A DNA stretch of 64,000 nt. Source: Candidatus Spongiisociaceae bacterium. GTDB lineage: Bacteria; Actinomycetota; Acidimicrobiia; Spongiisociales; Spongiisociaceae. The position numbers and the translations under genes were made by a program. Under the pieces are notes generated by a model. The model saw only the letters and a program-made list of their open reading frames with translations, made no database searches and was not told where the DNA came from. Below, in pieces: positions 57,406-64,000 of this stretch; the stretch's first letter is position 1, and every line of letters starts with the position of its first letter. The stretch lies in contig OZ241841.1 in NCBI GenBank assembly GCA_965202665.1, positions 1,696,001 to 1,760,000 on the forward strand. The letters are read 5' to 3'.

Positions 57406-59823
57406 ATGCGGGACCAGGCACAAGTTGTCATCGTCGGCGGCGGGGCCATGGGGGTGGGGTTGCTCTACTTTTTGGCCCACGAAGGGTGGACGGATGTCCT
57501 GCTGGTGGAAAAAGACGAGCTGACCTCCGGTTCCACTTGGCACGCGGCGGGCCTCACCCCGCATTTCATCGGAGACCTCAACTATTCCAAGGTGCACCGC
57601 GACACCATCGACCTGTACAAGGTGATCGAAGAGGAAACCGGCCTGCATTCCGGATGGCACGGTTGCGGGGCGGTGCGTTTGGCCCGCACCCGGGACGAGT
57701 CGGACTGGTTTCACTACGTCAAAGGCATTTTGGACTACAACGGGGTGGAATGCCATCTGCTGAGCCCCCGGGAAGTCACCGAGGTGGCCCCCCTGCTGGA
57801 TGTGGAACCCGATGTGACCCTCGGTTTCTGGACTCCGGGCGACGGCTGGACCGACCCGTCGGCCGCCGCCAACGCCATGGCCGCCGGGGCCCGCAATTTG
57901 GGGGCGGAGATCAGCCGCCGCAACCGGGTGACCGACATGAACCAGCTGCCCGACGGAACCTGGGAGGTGATCACCGAAAAAGGCCGGGTGACGGCCGAAC
58001 ATGTGGTGAACGCCGCCGGATCCTACACCCCGCAACTGGGGGCGATGGTCGGTTTGGAGGTCCCCATGGAGTCGGTCATCCACCAATACCTGGTCACGGA
58101 ACGGATTGCGGAGGTGGCCGCCTTGGACAAGGAGCATCCGGTGGTGCGCGACCCCCGCTCCTCCTGTTATTACCGGCAGGAGCACGACGGGCTGATCATC
58201 GGCCCCTATGAACGGGAGGGGGCCAAAGAATACGGAACGGAGGGCATCGACTGGGATCTGACTTTCCATCTCACCCCGGTGGAGTTGGAGCGCCTGTTGC
58301 CCTGGCTGGAGTTGGCCGCCGCGCGCCTGCCCTGTTTCGCCGGGGCGGGGGTCAAACAGGTGGTGTCCGGCCCGATCACCCACACCCCGGACGCCGGCTT
58401 CCTGCTGGGCCCCGCCCCCGGGTTGCGCAACTACTGGTACTGCGCGGGGGCTTCCATCGGCATAACCCAGGGGCCGGGGGCGGGCAAATACCTGGCGCAG
58501 TGGATGGTGCACGGCCAGACCGAAATCAACGTGGGGGGAATGGATCCCCGCCGTTTCGGCCCCTACGCCCCGGGCCGCTACACCCACGAACGTTCCATCG
58601 ACGAGTTCCACGAGATGTACCAGGTGCGGATGCCCAACGAGTACCGCCCGGCCGGGCGGCCCATGAAAACCACCCCCCTCTACGACGTCTTAGATAGCAA
58701 AGGGGCGCAGTGGCAGGAGGTGTGGGGATGGGAGCGGGCCATGTATTTCGCCCCCGAACCGGAGCAGTATTCTTTCCGCCGTTCCTCCGCCCATGATTTT
58801 ACGGGCCGGGAGATCCGGGCCGTCCGCCGCAACGTAGGGGTGGCCGACCTGACCGCCTTCTCCAAGTTTGAAGTCACCGGTCCGGATGCGGCCGCCCTGC
58901 TGGACCGCTTGGCGGCCAACCGGCTCCCGGCCCGGGACGGCGGAATGCGCCTGGTGCATATGCTGACCGACTTGGGCGGCATAGAAGCCGAAATGACCAT
59001 CACCCGCTTGGGCGAGCAAAGGTTTTACCTCAATTCGGGCATCACCGGCCAGTGGCACGACTTCGACTGGCTGGTTTCCCACATCCGCCCCGGCGAGCAA
59101 GCCCAAGTCACGGACGTGACCGACCGGCGGGGGATTTTGGCGGTCACCGGCCCCCGTTCCCGCGTTCTTCTCCAAAAGCTCACCGCCGCCGACCTGTCCA
59201 ACGAGGTCTTCCCGTGGCTGACCGGCCGGGAGATGGAGGTGGCGGGCGCCCCCTGCCTGGGGTTGCGGGTTTCCTATGTGGGGGAGTTGGGATGGGAGCT
59301 GCACCTTCCCCTGGAGAACCTGGCCGACGTGTATCAGGCGGTGCAGGAGGCGGGCGCCCCGCTGGGTCTGGTCGATTTCGGGAGCCGGGCGATGAACATC
59401 ATGCGCTTGGAGAAGGGATATAAGGCTTTCGGGGCCGAGCTGACCACCGAAATCACCCCGGTGGAGGCCCGGCTGGGGCGGTTCGTGGATTACGACAAGG
59501 ATTTTCTGGGCAAACAGGCGACCGTCGCCCGCCGCGACCAAGCCGAGCCGTTGGACATGGTGCTGGTGTACGCCGAATTGGACGCATCCGACGCCGACTG
59601 CCTGGGCAATGAACCGGCCTACGACGGGGAGAGGATCATGGGCGTCACCACCAGCGGGGCCTGGGCCCATTCGGTGGACCGCAGCATCCTGTTCGCCTAC
59701 GTCGATCCCCGATTCGAATCCCCCGGTTCCGCTTTTCAGGTGGGGGTGATGGGCGAACGGAGGGAGGCGGCCGTGTTGGCCGAACCGGTCTGGGATCCGC
59801 AAAACCTGCGGATCAGGGGCTGA
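57406..59823 (+). CDS. GcvT-family FAD-dependent demethylase (dimethylglycine/sarcosine dehydrogenase-like)
   Basis: IVGGGAMG, LTSGSTWHAAG, TPD, GWER, SYVGELGWE, RLEKGY. Confidence 0.92.
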   Translation: MRDQAQVVIVGGGAMGVGLLYFLAHEGWTDVLLVEKDELTSGSTWHAAGLTPHFIGDLNYSKVHRDTIDLYKVIEEETGLHSGWHGCGAVRLARTRDESDWFHYVKGILDYNGVECHLLSPREVTEVAPLLDVEPDVTLGFWTPGDGWTDPSAAANAMAAGARNLGAEISRRNRVTDMNQLPDGTWEVITEKGRVTAEHVVNAAGSYTPQLGAMVGLEVPMESVIHQYLVTERIAEVAALDKEHPVVRDPRSSCYYRQEHDGLIIGPYEREGAKEYGTEGIDWDLTFHLTPVELERLLPWLELAAARLPCFAGAGVKQVVSGPITHTPDAGFLLGPAPGLRNYWYCAGASIGITQGPGAGKYLAQWMVHGQTEINVGGMDPRRFGPYAPGRYTHERSIDEFHEMYQVRMPNEYRPAGRPMKTTPLYDVLDSKGAQWQEVWGWERAMYFAPEPEQYSFRRSSAHDFTGREIRAVRRNVGVADLTAFSKFEVTGPDAAALLDRLAANRLPARDGGMRLVHMLTDLGGIEAEMTITRLGEQRFYLNSGITGQWHDFDWLVSHIRPGEQAQVTDVTDRRGILAVTGPRSRVLLQKLTAADLSNEVFPWLTGREMEVAGAPCLGLRVSYVGELGWELHLPLENLADVYQAVQEAGAPLGLVDFGSRAMNIMRLEKGYKAFGAELTTEITPVEARLGRFVDYDKDFLGKQATVARRDQAEPLDMVLVYAELDASDADCLGNEPAYDGERIMGVTTSGAWAHSVDRSILFAYVDPRFESPGSAFQVGVMGERREAAVLAEPVWDPQNLRIRG

Positions 59824-59824
59824 G

Positions 59825-61387
59825 ATGGCCGACCGCCGCCGCGCCGGGGGAAGGGCCGCCCGGATGGCCGCCCGGGCCGCCCCGCTGGCCGAAGAGGAAC
59901 GCCCGGTTCGGCCCGGTTTGCCGGGCGGGGCTTTCAAGCCGCTGTCCGAATCCGACTGCCAACAGGTTTACGAGACGGCCCTGGTCCTGCTGGAGGAGGT
60001 GGGGGTGGCGGACCCGGTCCCCGAATTCATGGAAGCGGTCACCGGGGCGGGCGGATGGATGGACGAAGGGGGGCGGCTCCGCTACCCGCGGGGGGTGGTG
60101 GAAAAGGTCATCACCGAAACAGCCGCCCGGAGCTGGGTGTGGCACGGCTTGGACGAAGACCGCAGCATAGAGGTTGGCGGCGACAAGGTCCATTTCGGCA
60201 CTTCGGGGGCGGCCGTTTTGATGCTGGATTACGAAAACCGCTCTTTCCGCCCCACCACCACCGCCGATTTGTACGACGCCGCCCGATTGGTGGACGTTTT
60301 GGAGCACATCCATTTTTTCGTCCGCACCGTGGTGACCAGGGATCTGGAAACCCCCCGGGAGGTGGATCTGAACACGGCCTACGCGGTGATGATGGGCACT
60401 TCCAAACCGCAGGGCGTCTCTTTTTTCAAACCGGAGAACGTCTACGAGGCGGTGGCGATGTACGACCACGTTTTAGGAGGGGAGGGGGAGTTTCGCCGCC
60501 GCCCGTTCGTCGCCGCCAACAACACCTTCGTGGTGCCGCCGTTGCGTTTCGCTTACGAGTCCACCGAATGCATGGTGGCCCAGATCGACGCCGGGATGCC
60601 CGTCAAACTGCTTTCCGCCGGGCAGGCGGGGGCCACTTCCCCGGCGGCCTTGGCCGGTTCGCTGGCGCAGGCCTTGGCCGAATGCCTGGCCGGCCTGACC
60701 AGCGTCAACCTGCTTTCCCCCGGTCATCCCTGCTCGTTGGACATGTGGCCGTTCGTGTCCGATCTGCGCACCGGGGCGATGAGCGGCGGGTCGGGGGAGG
60801 AGGCGGTGATGACCGCCGCCGCCGCCCAAATGGTGAACTGGCTGGATCTGCCGTCCGGGGTGGCGGCGGGGATGGCCGACTCCAAACTTCCCGACGGCCA
60901 GGCCGGATACGAGAAGGGGATCACCACCGTCCTGGCCGGGCAGGCGGGGGCCAATTTGATCAACGAGTCGGCGGGGATGCTGGGTTCCCTGCTGGTGTTT
61001 TCCCTGGAGTCGCTGGCGGTGGACAACGACATGCTGGGGGCGGCCAACCGCACCATCCGCGGCGTGGAAGTCAACCCGGATTCCCTGTCTTTGGAAACCA
61101 TCAAAGAGGCCATCTTCGGCCCCGGCCATTTCCTGGGTTCCGAGCAGACCCTGCGCCTGATGCAACGCGACTACGTGTACCCGCAGGTGGGGGATCGCAA
61201 CAGCCCCGACGATTGGCGGGATCAGGGGGCGACCAACGTGGCGGAACGGGCGGGGGAGTACGTGCGCAAAGTGATGCGCACCCATTTCCCCGCCCACATC
61301 AGCCGGGAGCAGGACGCTTGGATTAGGGAGCGGATGCCCATCGCCCTGCCCGCGGACGAGGTGGTCGGCCTCGGAACCCGCTGGTAA
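59825..61387 (+). CDS. Trimethylamine methyltransferase (MttB) family protein, non-pyrrolysine
   Basis: AGATSPAALAG, DLRTGA, DSKLPDGQAGYE, GPGHFLG; no in-frame amber codon. Confidence 0.9.
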   Translation: MADRRRAGGRAARMAARAAPLAEEERPVRPGLPGGAFKPLSESDCQQVYETALVLLEEVGVADPVPEFMEAVTGAGGWMDEGGRLRYPRGVVEKVITETAARSWVWHGLDEDRSIEVGGDKVHFGTSGAAVLMLDYENRSFRPTTTADLYDAARLVDVLEHIHFFVRTVVTRDLETPREVDLNTAYAVMMGTSKPQGVSFFKPENVYEAVAMYDHVLGGEGEFRRRPFVAANNTFVVPPLRFAYESTECMVAQIDAGMPVKLLSAGQAGATSPAALAGSLAQALAECLAGLTSVNLLSPGHPCSLDMWPFVSDLRTGAMSGGSGEEAVMTAAAAQMVNWLDLPSGVAAGMADSKLPDGQAGYEKGITTVLAGQAGANLINESAGMLGSLLVFSLESLAVDNDMLGAANRTIRGVEVNPDSLSLETIKEAIFGPGHFLGSEQTLRLMQRDYVYPQVGDRNSPDDWRDQGATNVAERAGEYVRKVMRTHFPAHISREQDAWIRERMPIALPADEVVGLGTRW

Positions 61388-61554
61388 GCCGAACAGAACA
61401 TAAGGTAAGGGGGGTGTTGGGGTGGGGCTAGGGGCGATCGTACCGGGGGTGGGGGTGTTCAGCGTTTTAGGTAGGCGGTACCGGCGGCTGAACGGCGTCA
61501 CTGAGCGCGTGCCCACCGGCTATAGCATGATGTATGCTAAAAAGCGGAGGGCTG

Positions 61555-61770
61555 ATGATGGATAACCAAACCAGCAGGGCGGTGTTGCCGGTGGAGGCGG
61601 ACGCGGGCGGGTGGCATCTGCAGGTGCCGTGGCCGGTGCTCCGCCGGTTGCGGATGAGCGGCCCGCCCGGTTTGCTCGTCGCTGTGGAAGACCGCTACCC
61701 GGATCGGGCGGCGGCGGAGACGGCGGCGGGACGGATAAACGAATGGAACACCGCAAGAAGGAGCGGATGA
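61555..61770 (+). CDS. Small hypothetical protein
   Basis: GGAGG RBS, TATGCT -10-like hexamer; ATGA overlap with the next ORF. Confidence 0.55.
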   Translation: MMDNQTSRAVLPVEADAGGWHLQVPWPVLRRLRMSGPPGLLVAVEDRYPDRAAAETAAGRINEWNTARRSG

Positions 61771-62030
61771 TGGCCGACAACGCCGCCGGCGCCGACGCCG
61801 GAGCCGAAGCGCCGAGTTTGGAGCGGACATTACGAACCGCTGCCGAGGCGGGAATACGCGGCGCGCTGGCGGATCTGATCGCCGGAGACGCGTGGGACTC
61901 GGTGCGCTCCGAGTGGGGAGCGGATGACACCGGATCCGATAGCAGGTCAGGGTTGGCGCGGGTGCGTAAAAAGGTGCGGGAGGCGGTGCGGAAAGAACTA
62001 GCCGAGTTCGCCCGGAGAGCGGGTGGATGA
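61767..62030 (+). CDS. Small hypothetical protein
   Basis: AAGGAG RBS; helical 87 aa product. Confidence 0.5.
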   Translation: MMADNAAGADAGAEAPSLERTLRTAAEAGIRGALADLIAGDAWDSVRSEWGADDTGSDSRSGLARVRKKVREAVRKELAEFARRAGG

Positions 62031-62114
62031 CGCGGCGGAGCATGCGGGGATTAGGCAGCGGAGGTTCCGTCTGGTGACATTTCTTGACCGCTGATTTCCA
62101 GTATCAGGACGTTT

Positions 62115-62279
62115 AAACATTTGGGTCAGGCGGGGGAGCAGCTGGGGCGGGAGCCGCGCGGGTTTCCCCGACCGGCGGTTGCGACGGGAAGTTCCAGCGT
62201 AGACGAGTTTCGTTACCAGGACTTCCGTCTGGTCGGTTACGATCCGCATGGGGCGTTGCGGGTTCCGATAGCGGTATGA
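62115..62279 (+). pseudogene. thyA: Thymidylate synthase 3' fragment
   Basis: Single frame KHLGQAGEQLGREPRGFP...VDEFRYQDFRLVGYDPHGALRVPIAV* matches the ThyA C-terminus; no N-terminal part present. Confidence 0.8.
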
Positions 62280-62314
62280 CCCGGCGGAACCCGGTGGAAC
62301 CGGGGGGGGGGGGG

Positions 62315-63076
62315 TCAGCGGGGGGCCATGCGGATGCCGCCGTCCATGCGGATGGTTTCCCCGTTCATATAGTCGTGGCGGATCAGAAACACCGCCAGCT
62401 CGGCGTATTCCTCCGGGGTTCCCAGCCGCTTGGGATGCAGCACCTGCTGCCCCAGCGACTCTTTGGCCGGTTCGGGCAGGCCCGCCAGCAACGGCGTGTC
62501 GATGATGCCGGGGGCGACGGTGTTGACCCGGATTCCCAAAGAGGACAGGTCGCGGGCGATGGGCAAAGTCATTCCCACTATCCCCCCTTTGGAGGCCGAG
62601 TAGGCGGCCTGCCCGATCTGCCCGTCGTAGGCGGCCACCGAGGCGGTGTTGACCATCGCCCCCCGGCTGTTGTGTTCGCCCGGCTGGTTTCCGGCCATGG
62701 CCGCGGCCGCCAAACGGATGGTGTTGAAAGTGCCGGTCAGATTAATGTCGATCACTTTTTGGAAATGCCGCAGGGAATGGGGGGTTCCGTCCCGGTTGAG
62801 GGTGCGGGAGGGCGGGCCGATGCCGGCGCAGTTCACCACCGCCCGGATTTCCGCCATCTCCGCCGCCGCCGCCACCCCGGCCGCAACCTCTTCTTCGTCG
62901 GTGACATCGCAGTGCACGAACGCCCCGCCCGCCTCCGCCGCCGTCCGTTCCCCCAGTTCATCGTTCACGTCCAAGACGGCCACTTTCATGCCCCGGGCCG
63001 CCAAAGCCCGCACCGCGGCCGCTCCCAGCCCGGAGGCCCCGCCGGTCACCACCGCCGCCGCTCCTTTGATTTCCAT
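62315..63076 (-). CDS. SDR, 3-hydroxyacyl-CoA dehydrogenase type II-like
   Basis: TGGASGLG, NCAGIG, DGQIGQAAYSASKGG, NGETIRMDG. Confidence 0.92.
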   Translation of the reverse strand: MEIKGAAAVVTGGASGLGAAAVRALAARGMKVAVLDVNDELGERTAAEAGGAFVHCDVTDEEEVAAGVAAAAEMAEIRAVVNCAGIGPPSRTLNRDGTPHSLRHFQKVIDINLTGTFNTIRLAAAAMAGNQPGEHNSRGAMVNTASVAAYDGQIGQAAYSASKGGIVGMTLPIARDLSSLGIRVNTVAPGIIDTPLLAGLPEPAKESLGQQVLHPKRLGTPEEYAELAVFLIRHDYMNGETIRMDGGIRMAPR

Positions 63077-63153
63077 ATTCGGTTTCCTTTCCTCGCGCCC
63101 GGCGCCGCCGGGCCTCGCCCAATGTCCGCCCCTTACACTACCACCCCGTTTGC

Positions 63154-63178
63154 CTAACGAACGTTCGTTCGCTAAAAT
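63154..63178 (+). promoter_or_regulatory. Palindromic operator (PaaR/TetR-like) next to TAAAAT -10 element of paaA
   Basis: Perfect 14-bp palindrome AACGAACGTTCGTT at 63156-63169; TAAAAT at 63173-63178, 8 nt before the ATG. Confidence 0.65.
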
Positions 63179-63186
63179 AAGACCGT

Positions 63187-64000
63187 ATGACCACCGCGGT
63201 TAGTTCCGATCAACGGCGGGCGGAGGGCCCGGAAAGGTTCGCGGCCCTGCTGGCCGCCGACCGAAAAGTGGAGCCCAAGGACTGGATGCCGGAGGAATAC
63301 CGGGGCACGCTCATCCGCCAGATGGCCCAGCACGCCCATTCGGAAGTGATCGGGATGCAACCGGAGGGCAACTGGATCACCCGCGCCCCGTCCCTGTTGC
63401 GCAAAGCCATCCTGATAGCCAAAGTGCAGGACGAGGCGGGCCACGGCCTCTACCTCTACGCGGCGGCCGAAACCTTGGGGATAACCCGCGATCAGATGAT
63501 GGAAATGCTGCACGACGGCCGCCACAAATACTCCTCCATTTTCAACTACCCCACCCCCACCTGGGCCGACATAGGGGCCATCGGATGGCTGGTGGACGGG
63601 GCGGCCATCGTCAACCAGTTGATGCTCACCCGTTGCTCCTTCGGCCCCTATGCGCGGGCCATGATCCGCATCTGCACCGAAGAGTCTTTCCATCAGCGGC
63701 AGGGATTTCAGATAATGCTCGCCCTCAGCCGGGGAACCCCCGAACAGCGGGAGATGGCCCAAGACGCCCTGAACCGGTGGTGGTGGCCGTCGCTTCACAT
63801 GTTCGGCCCGCACGACGCCGACTCCGTCCATTCGCAACAGTCCATGGCCTGGAACATCAAACGCCAGTCCAACGATGAACTGCGGCAGGCTTTCGTGGAC
63901 ATGACCGTTCCCCAAGCCGACTTTCTGGGCCTGCGCGTCCCCGATCCCGACCTGGCCTGGAACCCGGAGCGCGGACATTACGACTTCGGGGAGATCGACT
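63187..64000 (+). CDS. paaA: 1,2-phenylacetyl-CoA epoxidase subunit A (partial, runs off window end)
   Basis: [56 protein letters not shown]; not in the ORF track because no stop is in the window. Confidence 0.95.
   Translation, partial: MTTAVSSDQRRAEGPERFAALLAADRKVEPKDWMPEEYRGTLIRQMAQHAHSEVIGMQPEGNWITRAPSLLRKAILIAKVQDEAGHGLYLYAAAETLGITRDQMMEMLHDGRHKYSSIFNYPTPTWADIGAIGWLVDGAAIVNQLMLTRCSFGPYARAMIRICTEESFHQRQGFQIMLALSRGTPEQREMAQDALNRWWWPSLHMFGPHDADSVHSQQSMAWNIKRQSNDELRQAFVDMTVPQADFLGLRVPDPDLAWNPERGHYDFGEID

Noticed and set aside
59825-61387. Pyrrolysine recoding in MttB
   Set aside because: The ORF is continuous with no in-frame TAG.
62302-62314. G13 run as a phase-variation tract
   Set aside because: Intergenic, between convergent gene ends; no frame or promoter is evidently affected.
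2121-63160. TTAGGC/GCCTAAC words near several insert edges as integron attC cores
   Set aside because: No paired inverse core sites or attC-like hairpins found, no integron integrase, and several instances are simply stop codons or -10 elements.

Overview
GC-rich chromosomal window from an actinobacterium, probably Acidimicrobiia-like (inferred from the proteasome activator Bpa, a Thr/Ala-linker lipoprotein and leaderless-type promoters). The backbone is housekeeping and catabolic: ABC transporters, SDRs, a GMC oxidoreductase, CoA-transferase/enoyl-CoA hydratase, CocE, Nnr, GcvT-family plus MttB-family genes, and paaA. Several compositionally foreign inserts interrupt it. (1) A translationally coupled radC - UvrD/PD-(D/E)xK nuclease - type III Mod - Res - VapC operon; mod is frameshifted at a G9 tract and Res ends in an antitoxin-like tail directly before the PIN toxin. 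(2) A DUF488-DUF488-dualOB-dualOB module followed by two BldC/Xis-like HTH genes. (3) A lone AT-rich GHKL ATPase. (4) An AT-rich operon of RapA-like SNF2 helicase, Cys-insert Hsp70 and Zn-finger protein. (5) Mosaics of small orphan ORFs and a thyA 3' remnant. Host DNA flanking the inserts shows a mirror-image C/A versus G/T strand skew. No rRNA, tRNA, CRISPR array, integrase or transposase was recognised. All family calls come from motif recognition by eye, not database searches.
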